NCBI GenBank assembly: GCA_028534125.1
Contig: CM052816.1
Span: forward strand, 30,878,001 to 30,942,000
Direction: 5' to 3'
DNA from: Lama glama
Lineage: Eukaryota
Length of the DNA stretch: 64,000 nt
This document shows, one piece after another, positions 37,601 to 50,639 of this stretch. The number at the start of each line of letters is the position of its first letter. The stretch's first letter is position 1. Under the pieces are notes generated by a model. That model saw only the letters and a program-made list of their open reading frames with translations, was not told the origin of the DNA and made no database searches. The translations under genes were made by a program, and so were the position numbers.

Positions 37601-39759
37601 CATGAAAGGATGGTTTTTCATCAAAACCTAAGAAAAACAACATTTGCATCTTATTGAGGGCTACATCAAGTTTGAAATTCTAAGGAAACACAAAACCTTC
37701 CGATTTTGTGGTGATTTCATGATGAGTATTTGTAGAAAAAAAAAATAAATGAAGCTTCCTATTAGTGATATACATATAGAATAAAAAACCTAGGAAAACC
37801 ATTTTTGAAATAGTTTTACCAAAAATACAACTATCATTTTCTAATTCCATTCTCTTTATCCAAGCCCCAAATTTAAAGAATCTCTCCTTTCTCTGAATAG
37901 CTATAAAGATTTTTGAATTGACATGAAGCTAATTATTTTTTTCTGTATCACACAGGGCTAAAAGCATTTTGTGAAGAGGGAACCTCACTGAATCAACTCA
38001 GTTTATTTATCCAGTATCTTATATATAGTAGCTTTTCAGTAATTGTTAATAATAAAAAGTGATTGCATAATGATCACAAGCATTAAATCATTTTAAAGTT
38101 TAAATATATTTGTGTTCAACACGGCAATGCTATGTTTCAGGAAAATATCAGACTGTGTCCAATAGTAGCAGCTTTAGAAAATTTTTAAAGATTTTTAAAT
38201 TTATATGTATTACATTTAGGATTTTGTTTAATCCTAAATTCAGACTCATATTTGAAAGTCCTGTCTCAGAGATAGGTAAGTAACTTCTACATTTTCCAGC
38301 AAAGTTTTGAAAATTAAGGACACTTACTACCAGTAGTTCTAAAAAGCCAACTGTGATGCATGAAGAAAAGAAAATTCTCTGAAATAGACATTTGTTTCTG
38401 TTTAGTTATACATACCTATTTCACTAGAAATATCTATCCCGAAAAAGTTTTACTAGGAATTAAAAAAAAAAAAAAAGCCCACATTTTCAGAAATAATGGT
38501 GGCTCTGATAAGTGCCATTTATTATCCAGAGGTATTTCAGATATGGTTTCATGCAAGTTAATTGTTCAATACTATACAGCACAAAGAGAACGGAAGATAA
38601 GGCATCTAATTGATGCATTAGCAGTCATTCCTACCTCTAAAAGTTGCAGGAGGCACTTTTAACAGCCATCATTCTCTTCGCAGGGGATATTTTCTGAACA
38701 AAATGGAATATTCACTGTTTGTTCTATCTTGTATTTATTTAGCATAGAGCCATTATCATCCTTCCTAAGCACGCAGCTGTACAGAACAAGAGATGTCAAG
38801 CAAAAGTGTTCCGAATAAGCAGTTCTTGTTTTATTAAGTGCTCTCAGTTTTGCCTTGAGACCTGGTCAACTTCAGCAAGTTCTTTCTCTGAGGTGCACAA
38901 ATGGTCCTTCTCTGTTCCTTACTATGTATTGTTCATCTACAGTAATGTAGAAATCAGTGGATCATTTTTCTGCTTTCCTACCTAAGTAATCTTCCTTTGG
39001 GATTTGATCCTAAAAATTAGTTTGGGGAAAAATGAATGAATAGAATTATAGTTCTACTTTCTGTGAGTCTGTGAAGTCAAAATATGTCAAGTTTTCCATC
39101 ATAAATATCTATTTTTAGAATTTTATGCACCTATTGTAAAAATAATCCCTGGGCTGGAATTTAATATTTCATCTTGCATTTCTTTCCTATATTTCTGCCT
39201 TGGAAGATATGGAAAAGTATTCTAAAGAAAAGTTGGTTTTCTATTGCTAAGATGGCAAAAGGAAAAAGACAGTATTATTAAGCTTACATCGAGGTTAATT
39301 GTATTTTTAAATAATGGGTAAAAAGCTGGTTGCCCTGAAGGAGCATTTTTCTCTAATGGTAAAAACAAAGAAAAAAGCTACATGTATAAAATCTAGCCTT
39401 TGAAAACATTTTTGCTCCCTAGTGAAAGTGCTCTCTCTGAAGCCCCAGGTTCTAGAATGTTCTGTAAAATTTGAGACTAAAGCATCGACACTAGAGCTCC
39501 TTTTCCCCTATCATCTACAACATGTAACATCCCAATCTAAAGCTTGCCTAATTTAGTACAGGGTTCCCGAAAAAGGAAAAGTCTCTGGGGTACAGTTCAA
39601 ATTCTGGTTTAGCAAGGAATTAAGGAAGTTGAATAATCTCTCTGAATCTCAGGTACCTTCTCTAGAAAAAGTTATCCAAAAATATTTTATATTTCTACAG
39701 AGTATAGAATAGACTATACTATGTAGGCTATACTATACTCTCTTTCTATATTTATATAT

Positions 39760-41203
39760 TTAATTAAATTGAAGTATAGTCAGTTACAGCATGTCAGTTT
39801 CTGGTGTACAGCATAATGTTTCAGTCAGACATATACATATATTCATTTTTATATTCTTCTTCATTATAGGTTACTACAAGGTACTAAATATAGTTCCCTG
39901 TGCTATATAGAAGAAATTTGTTTTTTGTGCATTTTATATATAGTTGTTAGTATTTGTAAATCTCAAATTTCCAACTTATCCCTTCCCACTTCCCCACCCC
40001 CTTACCCCACTGGTAACTACAAGTTTGTTTACTATGTCTGTGAGTCTGTTTCTGTTTTGTAGATAAGTTCATTAGTGTCTTATTTTTCCTTTTTTTTTTT
40101 TTTAAGATTCCACATATGAGTGATATCATATGGTATTTTTCTTTCTCTTTCTGGCTTACTTCACAGAATGATGATCTTGAGATCCATCCATGTTGCTGTA
40201 AATGGCATTATTTTATTCTTTTTTATGGCTGAGTAGTATTCCAATAAATATATCACAGCTTCTTCATCCAATCATCTGTCAATAGGTATTTAGGTTTTTT
40301 CTGTATCTTGGCTATTGTAAATAGTGCTGCTATGTCCACGAGGGTGCATGTATCTATTCAAATTTGAGTTCCCTCTGGATACATGTCCAGGAGTGGGATT
40401 GCTGGATCATATGGTATGTCTATTTTTAGTTTTTTGAGGAATCTCCATACTGTTTTCCATAGTGGCTGCACCAAACTGCATTCCCACCAGCAGTGTAGGA
40501 GGGTTCCCTTTTCTCCACAGCCTCTCTAGCAGTGATCGTTCGTGGGATTTTTAATGATGGCCATTCTGAGCTAGAGGAATAACCCTACCAGAATTCAGAC
40601 AATACTACAAAGTTACAGAAATCAAGACAGTGTGGTATTGCCACAAAAACAGACATATGGATCAATGGAACAGAATAGAGAGCCCAGAAATAAACCCATA
40701 TACCTACAGTCAATTAATCTTCAACAAAGGAGGCAAGAATATACAATGGAGAAAAGACAGTCTTTTCAACAAGTGGTGTTGGGAAAGCTGAACAACCTCA
40801 TGTAAATCAGTGAGGTTAGAACACACCCTCGCACCATACATAAAAATAAACTCAAAATGGCTTAAAGACTTAAATGGAAGACAAGACACCAAAAACCCCT
40901 TAGAAGAAAACATGGGCAAAACATTCCATGATGTAAATTGAAGCAATGTTTTCCCGGGATAGTCTATCAAGGCAACAGAAACAAAAGCAAAAAGAAACAA
41001 GTGGGACCTAATTAAACATATAAGCTTTTGCACAGCAAAGAAACCATAAATAAAACAAAAAGACAACCTAAGGAATGGGAGAAAATTTTTGCAAATGAAG
41101 CCCCTGACAAGGGCTTAATTTCTAGAATATTCAAACAGCTCATACAACTCAACAACCAAAAAAACAAACAACCCAATCCAAAAATGGGCAGAAAACCTAA
41201 ACA
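39760..41203 (-). mobile_element. Second 5'-inverted (twin-primed) L1: 3' end on minus (39760-40569), inverted ORF2 on plus (40570-41203)
   Basis: Orientation switches at 'ggccattctga|gctagaggaataacc'; the plus part parallels ~19140-19776. Confidence 0.92.
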
Positions 41204-41439
41204 TACTCTATACATTTTTATATGAAGTATATAGCATACTTTATATTCTACGGTAATAAAGGAGGCTTCATAATAGACTCTACTATTATAGTAGTGAATC
41301 CTGAAATGTTTACCTAGTAACAAAAAATAAAAGAATAAGTTATACTGCCTATCTATACACAAACATACTCAATCCTAAGTATTCCTATGAATTACAAAAA
41401 TATTATTGGCCAAACCTACCTGATGATTTATTCTTTGAT

Positions 41440-41610
41440 TCATTAATTTATTCATTCACTGAAAAATATTCACTAGGTATTCAATATGTACTAGATTACA
41501 TGATACTGCAACAAAAATAAACTAATTCCTGCCCACTTAGAATTCACAGCTTAACAGAGAAGGCAAATTTTAAGTAATTAATTATCACAAAATTGGACTA
41601 ATACTATGAT
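41440..41610 (-). mobile_element. L2 3' end
   Basis: 'ttcattcactgaaaaatattcactaggtattcaatatgt' and 'tcctgcccacttagaattcacag'. Confidence 0.6.
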
Positions 41611-42636
41611 AGGGGAAAATGTTTTCTTATCTTGTATACATACACATGGGCAATGAAGTGTTCAGTGACTTTAGCATCTTCCAGTAACAGTGACTAATAC
41701 AGCAGTCACTTATTTTGATGAACCTTTGTGGAAAACAAAGGGAATGCTGAGCACTAATAATAGCCCAATAGCTTCTCCTTATCAACACCTAATATCTCTA
41801 ATAATTACCATGGGAAATATGAAAAACCCAGCTGAAATCTCATTTTATTGATGTTTTAGTCACTTCTTAAACAGATTTACTCAACTGCAGAGGAAGGAGA
41901 GAGGTTCAACAGTGTATCCTTCTAAGGAAAACAAAACGATGCTTGATTTAAAAAAAAATGTCCAGAATCCTTAACTTTAATCAATGTTTTCCTCACTTAC
42001 AGGATTCAGGATTCATCTTGCTTTTGTTTACTTATTGTTTTACTCGAGTATGTTGTAAATGGCAAAATACAACATACTGAGTTGTTCAATTATATTTTTA
42101 TCTATGCTTTTTGTATTTTATTCATGTATAAATTATATTTGTATCCAATATAAATTTCTCCTTATGCCTCAATGATTTCTGCTGTCTATAAGTCTTTAAA
42201 AGATTTACAGCTTCAAAAATATTCAAATAAATAACCCTCCAAAAATGTATAATAAAGAACAAAGTTGTCACACTCTTAAAGGAGCAAAAATTGTAAAACA
42301 ACCAACCAAGCTACATTCAAAGAGACAACTTAGCATTCTACCTAAAAGGATGAGGAAGTCCAGAGGCATCGGGGCCCATGTGTTATTGTTCTTGTTGTCA
42401 CTGTTTGCTTCTTTTCTCTTTTCTTACGCCAGTATGTGTTGAATGTTGCACAGTAGAGTGCAGTGATGTAAGATCAGCAGGAAGACTTGGTACTAGCAGA
42501 AACGCTACCTGACGCAGTCCACATGTATGAGTAATTAGTTGCAAAATCAGTGTGTAAGACAAAATGAAAAGGGTTATGTTTTGATTAAATCAGTGATTTG
42601 CTAGTTGAGTGTATTTCGGTTTGCAGAAAGGCTTAC

Positions 42637-42711
42637 CTTTAAAAGGCAGTTGCAGTCATGGATATAAGCACCAGCACTGTTTTCCACTCTTCCTTGATCA
42701 TCCAAGCTTTC
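42637..42711 (-). other. Candidate spliced exon (75 bp, frame-preserving), unverified
   Basis: Strong acceptor gtttctttcctttacttctctgtgcag|; donor AAG|gtaagc; open frame ESLDDQGRVENSAGAYIHDCNCLLK. Confidence 0.35.
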
Positions 42712-43639
42712 CTGCACAGAGAAGTAAAGGAAAGAAACAGGATGGTAAGCAATTTATTATTTCTCTAAAAGCTGCAGGAGGGAAACAAAAAATCTTCCAA
42801 GTAAAACTAGAAAGGAAATCTGGTTTCTTTTTAGTCCTGTTCTATTCTTGCTTTTGTGTTTACAACATGTTCACAAATAAATGCTTCCAATTTCCAGCCA
42901 GAGTTTAAATCTCCACTATTCCACTCACTGAGAAAAGAAACATACATAAAGGCACAGGAGAATTCTGTATCCAAATTCTGCTGTGACAAAATGTTCCCTC
43001 AGTACATCTATTCAAAATTTTGACTTGGAAGGGCCCAATTTTTGCCAATATAAAGAGGACTTCCAAAATTCATTTTTTCTTTTGTCTAAACTGTGGAATT
43101 TGTATAAGAAAATTAGATATATTTATAGGCTCATACTGAATGGTCAGTAATTTCAACTCAGTCACCACTGTCTATAACCGGGGTGCCTAGCACTGACTGG
43201 GTCCTTTGACTACAAAGTTAATATGGACAACCTTAAGGACTTCTTGGTTTAGTAGAAGAGATGAACAGATTAACAAACTATTAAATTCATGGAGAACATA
43301 CAAATGAAAATTTATATTTTACCATGGGCATTCTGAGTAAGACACTTTGTTCATTTGGAAGACAGGTGTATAAACCCTGATGGTGATAATACTGCAATGC
43401 TGACTGCCTGATGTGTTCTGGGGCAGTTGTGGCTAAGAGTTCACCTCCCAAAATAGAGCAGGGCAGTTGATTTTGTAGTTGGATTAGGCTGACTGAGGAA
43501 CCTACACAGAGGAGGTAGCGCAGTGGGTAGGTGAGAGGGACATAGTATCAGAAGGCTCAGAAAGAGGAGAGAGACGTTAAGCAACGGCCAGAACATTGCT
43601 GAGAAAGATGAGTAGCCCTGGAAAAGATTTTGTGCAGAT

Positions 43640-43975
43640 TCTTCTGGCATGCATGACAATAATACAACTTGAACTGACTTAAGATACGTTTTGGCTTGCG
43701 TAAGTGAAAAGTGTAGGCAAGGTCATGCTCATGAGCTGAACATGAATCTCTCCCTTTCCTCTGGGTTCTGCCTTCCTCTGTGTTGGCTTCTTTTACAGGC
43801 AAGCTTAGGCCAGTGGCAGCCATGGGTTACTACATCTCTAAATTTATAATCTATTAGTTTAACAATCCAAGCAAAAAGGCAAAATTTTCTTTCTCCAAAA
43901 TGTCTGACAATTAAAGGCTGACTAATCAAAGAAAAGTCTTGTAGCACCCCCATCTCAGAAACAATCTTTGTGTAT
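43640..43975 (-). mobile_element. Old MLT1-type LTR
   Basis: 'tctgccttcctctgtgttggcttc...ggcagc' resembles antisense MLT1. Confidence 0.5.
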
Positions 43976-44059
43976 CTGTTAAAAAAAATTTAGGAATTAT
44001 ATTCCATTGCTATAATGACAATAATTAAATAAGTCCAAGATTTATTTCTCCCTCACATA

Positions 44060-46080
44060 AAAGGCCAAAGGCATGAATGGAACTAGTATGCCAACTCTAT
44101 AGTATAAACTGTAAGGATTGGAGAGAAAGACACAAAGTTGTCATTATTCGTATTTAATAAAATTGTCTGAATATAAAGCCCATCATCCTCTACACAGAAA
44201 TCATTACAAGTAATCTAATTAGTGAGACTGCTGCATATACAAACAGAATACAGTGATCAACTGCATTCCTATAAGCAGCCACATAGAGTGGTAAAATCTT
44301 ATTAAGTAAAAATATCTTATTAAATAAAAGATATCATGTTCTATAGCAAAAAAAGTGTAAGGTATGAGATTAAACAGAAACAATGTGAATAGTTTTAATA
44401 GAAAAATCACAAAATATTACTTTAGTAAATTTAAACATTAGAAACATATTAATTTTCTTGGATAAAAATGATTCAAAAGCAAAAAACTACCAGTATGCTC
44501 CAAATTAATGTAAAATTAGATGCAGTTCCAATCAAAATCCTCACAGGATTTTTTTTTCAAGAAATCTACAAAAAAGTACATAGAAAAGCAAAGAGACAGG
44601 GATTTTTTCAAGAAACATGTCAAAAACATTTATATGAAAAAGCCAAAAACCAAAAATAGGCATGAAGCAAACTATTCGTCCTATAGACATCAGGCAATTG
44701 TGAAACCAAAGTAATTAGGCAACATGGCGCTGGCCCAGACATAAGGAAATTGACCAAAGAAACAGAAAATTGATATTTTATATTATAAAAGTATATTATA
44801 TAAATATATTATATAAGTATATTATATAAATAAATTAACACTGAAAATCATGGGCAGAGAAGACTAATTATTGAATAAATCCCACTAGGAAAACTGTTTA
44901 TTCATAGAAAAAATGAAATTGTATCCTTAACCAATAAAGACAATCAATTCCAAATAAATAATAGGTCTGAGTGTACAAGTTAAAGAAAAACTTTAAAACT
45001 TGTAGAAGGAATGGCATCAATGGCATCAATATTGAAGCTATTTCTAAAAATGACATATATATCATAAGTGCAGAGAAAAATATTGATAAATTAGGTAATA
45101 TATTAAATTTTTAATTCTTCTGTGCATCACAAGGCATTGAAACAATGTTAAATGTCAATCAGTCACTGGAAGATTATTTTCAAACTGAGTAAATGCCAAG
45201 GGATTATGACCTACAATGTATAAAGAACTTTTTAAAATCTGTAAGAAAAAGACAAATAATTCAACAGGAAAACTGACAAATGTTTTATATGGTCGTTCCA
45301 CAGAGTAAGACTCTAACTTGAATAAAAATCAATAGATATATTTTAAAAAGTACATCAGTTATCAAAGAAATACATATTCAAACCACAATAAAGTATCATT
45401 TGGTGCCTAACATTTAAAAACCTATCAGTAAAAAATGCATGTCAATGAGTTGAAACTTTCATAGATACTAGTAAAGTGCAGACTGTTATAGTTAATTTGA
45501 AAGGCTATTTAGCAAAGTAATAAAAAATAGAAGATGATTTGCCAATTTAATTCTAGGTACATATTCTAGATAAACCCTCAAATATACAATATGTGGGTAA
45601 GAATGTGCATAGCCAATTTATAGTAGAAAAAAGGTAGAAATAACATAAATCTTTATAGACTAATATATAATATATATATAATATATATACACACACACAT
45701 ACATTATGGTGTAAACATTTATTGGAATATTATATGGCAGTGTAAATTAACAGTCAATCTACTTACATCCAAACAGATCTTAAAACACTCAATATTTAGT
45801 GAAAAAGTAAAGACAGGATATATGTAGTATGTATGATATTACACACACATACATAATTTTACAATAATGAAACAAAATTATTTATTAAGAATATACACAA
45901 AAATTTGACAAAAGCAAATGTTATCTAAAGGAATGATGAGGAGACCATTTTTCTTTGAGGGTAGGGAGTGGAATGGAATTAGGAAAGGATACTTAGGACA
46001 CGTCAGCCCATGTTTATAATATTTTATATTATTCTATCTGAGTGGTTGTTAATACGTGTTTGATTCATCATTATGAGTAT
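44060..46080 (+). mobile_element. Old L1 (L1M-type) ORF2 3' part and 3' UTR
   Basis: 'gcagttccaatcaaaatcctcacagga' (AVPIKI), 'aaaccacaataaagtatcatt' and a degraded 3' UTR. Confidence 0.78.
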
Positions 46081-46122
46081 ATTTTCATATCTTATACATT
46101 TTAACACATTTAAAAATATTAT

Positions 46123-47110
46123 GAGAGGAGATCAAGACAGTAGAGTAGGAGGACGCAAAGCTCACATTCCCCCATGAACATGTCAAAAGGCACATGACAA
46201 GATGCTCAACATCACTAATCATCAGAGAAGCACCAATCAAAACCACAATGAGATATCACTTCGTATTTGTCAGAATGGCTATCTTCTAAAAGATCACAAA
46301 TAATAAGCGTTGGTGAGAATGTGGAGCCAAGGGTACCCTACTACACTATTGGTTGGAATGTGAATTGATGCAGCTACTTGTGGAAAACACTATGGAGATT
46401 CCTCAAAATTTTAAAAATAGAACTACTATATAATCTAGCAGTTCTACTCCTGAGTATATATCCAAACAAAATCACAACACTCATTCAAAAAGATACAGGC
46501 ACTGCAATGTTCAAAGCAGCATTATTTACAATTGCAAAGGTATGAAGGCAACCTAACTGTCCATCAATGGATGAATGGATAAAGAAGACGTGGAGGTCTG
46601 TGTATACACACACACACACACACATATTTACACAATGGAATATTACTCAGCCATGAAAAAGAATGAATTTCTGCCTTTTGCAACAACATGGATGTATATG
46701 GAGGGTATCATGCTTAGTGAAATAAGTCAGACAGAGAAAGACAAATAATGTATGTTATTACATATGTGTGGAAACTAAACAATAAAACAAACGAATGACT
46801 ATAACAAAAAAACAGCCTCACAGATACAGAGAACAAATACTAGTGCTTTTCAATGGGGAGAGAGAAGGGAGGAGGGTAAGATAGGGGTAGAGAATTAAGA
46901 GGTGTAAACTAGGATGTATAAAATAAATAAGCTATGAGGATATACTGTACAGATAAGAAATATAGCCAATATTTTATAATAACTTTAAATGGAGTATAAT
47001 TTATAAAAATATTAAATCACTATATTGTATACCTGAAACTAATACACTATTGTATATCAACTTTACTTCAGTTAAGATAAATAAATAGATAAAAATAAGA
47101 AAAAACAAAA
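46123..47110 (+). mobile_element. L1 3' ~0.9 kb preceded by ~65 bp resembling an L1 5' terminus
   Basis: 46189 onward 'ggcacatgacaagatgctcaacatcact...' runs to an A-rich tail; 46123-46188 is 'gagaggagatcaagacagtagagtaggaggacgcaaagctcac'. Confidence 0.85.
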
Positions 47111-47202
47111 TCTTTATGAAGCAGTTACTGAATTTACTTAGGAATAGTAAGAACGAGGTACAGAAGTAGATAGGAGCAAAATGTAGATGCAATAATCTAA
47201 AT

Positions 47203-47433
47203 CAAAGGTCTTCAAACTGCAGCCCATAGGCCTAACTCAGACAACCACTTCATTTTTTAAAATTAAGTTTTAGCAGCACACAGCCATATTTGTGAGTTTA
47301 CATATGTGTGTTTGCAGTCTATGGCTACTTTTATGCTATGACAGCAGGGTTGAGCAGTTATAACAGAAATAATACGGCCACTAAAGTCCAAATTATCATC
47401 TGCCCCATTACAGAGAAAGTTCACCAATGCTCT
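47203..47433. mobile_element. MER58A-like hAT-Charlie MITE
   Basis: 'caaactgcagcccataggcc', 'gtctatggctactttt..gcagggttgagcagtt' and 'tgccccattacagagaaagtt'. Confidence 0.8.
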
Positions 47434-50049
47434 TAATGGTTGCCATAGACTTTGTTTATTGCCTGATAACACATTTTAGCTTACTGTATACTTAATAGAA
47501 ATTAGAATTTTAAATGTCTCACCTCACTTAATTTTCAATATTTGAGAGAATGTTAATATTATCCCCATATTACAGATGAAGAAACTAAGATTTAGAGAAT
47601 TTCAGTAAACTGTTCAATATCTTTTTGACTAGTGAGAGACAAAATAGGGGTTTTTGACTCAGTGTCACACACTGATTTAAACATAGAGATAGACTCCAGA
47701 GCTCTCTATTTTCATACTACACTTTTTTACTCTGCCTAAATAGAGAACACTAAATTAAAGATTGGAAGAGGATAAGAACTAAGATGTAATAGATATAAAA
47801 ATTCAAATTATAAAGAAATACAAATTCTGCCCCAAATAATTAGTATTAAAAATCCTCCCCCCTAAAAGGAATGACAGGAACACAATTTTTCTTTTTGTCA
47901 CTCCTTAGGAGATCCAACACTGTGTTAACTTACAGAGCCAATTATATGACACGATAGAACTCAACAATTCTGTTGAGTATGTTTCACACAAATCACTGAC
48001 AAAATGTATAAAAATCAGTGACATACACTGAGCTTTTTATAATGAGGTAGAAGATATTAAAAAAAACAAAACAACAAAACAAAAACTCCCCCTGAAAAAT
48101 CGTAAATGACACGAGGATTGCAACTGTGAGTGCACACAATACAAACGTCCAGGGAATTAAATAATCAGACTTCATCAGGTCTGTTCAAGTAGTACTTTGA
48201 AAAGTGCTATGCCTGTTACAGAGTCTTATCCTAGTTCAGAGAAAAGAGAGAGTGAGATGCAGCAAAATCTAGGGGGCCTTGGGAAATACACCACCCACTC
48301 AGCCTATCCAAAGAGCCAGAGAAGAAGAGATTGTTAAGACAAACCTAAGAAAGATGCAGTGTGGTGAACTTAATGCACACGGTGAGCCTTGAAACTGAAA
48401 GGGTTGGGGTATGTGTAAGAGGGAGGGCAATCAATGTAAAAGGGAAAAAAATACATGAAATCTTGAAAACAGAGGAAATCAAAGGAATAATACTAGTCAG
48501 GCTGAAGGGTTTTGTTCGTTCATTTTTCCCCTTTTATATTTGTATTATATTTTGATTTGTTGTCAATATTTCCAAACAGAGATCAATCCTCATCCCATGC
48601 TAAAAAGATAAAAGAGAAATAACAAAAGTCTTGAAGTAAATCTGACGTTTAAGTCCATCCAACCTCTTGCTGCTACAGCCTAAGAGGGGTGGGACTTGGA
48701 AGAAGCCCAGATTGCACTGCAGGAGAAAATCCCTGAGGGGCTTTGTATGTGTCCTGCAATAAGCCCCCTCCTCATACAAAACCTGTCTTTGCTGCTGCTG
48801 TTGAAGAACAGGGAAGCAAGGTCAATTATCCTACACGTGATTGCCTTTGACATGTGGATTCAGAAGAATCATCAAAAGAGCAGGCAATAAAATCCTTGCT
48901 ATATTGTTAGTAATTTATTCTTTACCAGAAGACATATACATCAACTCCTTTTAGATGGGCCCTTGAAGAAGAATGTGCGGGAAACAAAATCCAGTCTGGG
49001 CATAGCAATTCCTGAAAATGTTGGCTTCAGGAATTCTAGGGAATTCTGTGGTGACACCCAGGCCTGAGTCGTTGAGCACATTGTGACTCAGGCGTCTGGG
49101 ATATGAGGATGTTGTGCCATCTATTCCACCCTTTCTTTGATTTTCAAAAACCCTAAAAAAGCAAAGGTCACAGGGCAATCAGTAGCTATGTGACCTTTCA
49201 ACTGTCATCTTACTTGATTGGATACTGATTTTTGAAACTGGAAAGTGAAGGATTATAGATGATCTACATTTGCAAACTTCTGTTTCTCTGAATTGAAGGA
49301 GATTGTTAATAATGCAAATAACAGCTCAGCACAATTACAGGAAAGTCTAACACTTCTATAATGTAAAACCACCTCAGACCAGTCCCTTAGGGGAAACTAC
49401 TGGTTTGTCATTTAATTGCAATGGCACCCCGAGTACAAATATTTCAAAGCTGGATTGTGAAGGGCTAAGGGGCAATGCTGTGCTAATGCCTGCTCCAGGC
49501 ATCAAAACCCTTTCAGGGATTATTTTAGAGAAATAGGAGATTTAACTAAAATGTGAAAATAAGGTTCCTTGAAGTAAAAGACGACTGAAGATGTGGGGAA
49601 AAAATACCTTAGGTGGAATTAATTTAACTGCGGGCAAGATCTGTGTGAGGGGATAAGGAAAGATGGTGTGGGCGGTAACAGCCCGTGGCAAAGAATTAAT
49701 TCTCTTGAAAGGTGAAAGATTAGGCCAAGTACATTTTAATGTACTCTTTCCAAGAGGAAAGGGGTGAAGTGAATTTCCAGCAAGCATAGATATTAAAATA
49801 CATTATGTAAAATTACATTGATTCATAAAACTGCCATTTTTTAAAATTAATTTTGAAATACACTGTCTCTGGACAATAATTACAAATTTAATAAATTTAA
49901 TTTTTAAAGTTTTTATTCTAATAATCTCCAAGAGTTACTGAATTTAAGTTTTAGAAGGAAAAACAAAATTTTGTGAGCAATAATCCAGTTTCTAGAAATT
50001 TCCACCCTTGTGACCCAGAGCATAATAAGGCTTCATTCAAGGGTGTGGG

Positions 50050-50383
50050 GACAAATATCATATGATATCACTTATATGTGGAACCTTAAAAAAATATGAC
50101 ATGAATGAATATATTTACAAAACAGAAACAGACTCACAGACATAGAAACAAACTTAAGGTTACCAAAGAGGGGTAAATTAGGAGTATGGCCTTAGCAGAT
50201 ACAACTACCATATACAGAACAGATAAACAACAAGGTCCTAATGTACAGCACAGGGAACTGTATTCAATAGTTTATGATAACCTATAATGAAAAAGAATAG
50301 GTATGCATAACTGAATCACTATGCCATACAACAGAAACTAATGAAACAGTGTAAATCAACTATACTTCAATTAAAAAAAAAAA
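50050..50383 (+). mobile_element. L1 3' UTR stub
   Basis: 'gacaaatatcatatgatatcacttatatgtggaa...tatacttcaatt(a)n'. Confidence 0.9.
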
Positions 50384-50639
50384 GATGTGTGGCAATTACA
50401 GTACAAGACTTGAACTAAACAGAGAACTGGCTGCTAACATGCATCCTTCTCAGCTGAAAGAGGGCATCAGGCCAAACACTGCAGACTGCTTCCCAGATGT
50501 CAATTAGACCCTCTCCAACAGGACTTGCACGAGGCAGTATTTTAAACCAAAAAGCAAAACATTTCTCTTAGCTGTATGACCTTAGGCAAATTCTACATTC
50601 TTCCAGAATTTCCACTGCTTCATTCTATCAGATAAATGC

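Noticed and set aside
47959..47978. Perfect 8-bp hairpin actcaaca-attc-tgttgagt
   Set aside because: An isolated short stem, expected by chance in 64 kb.
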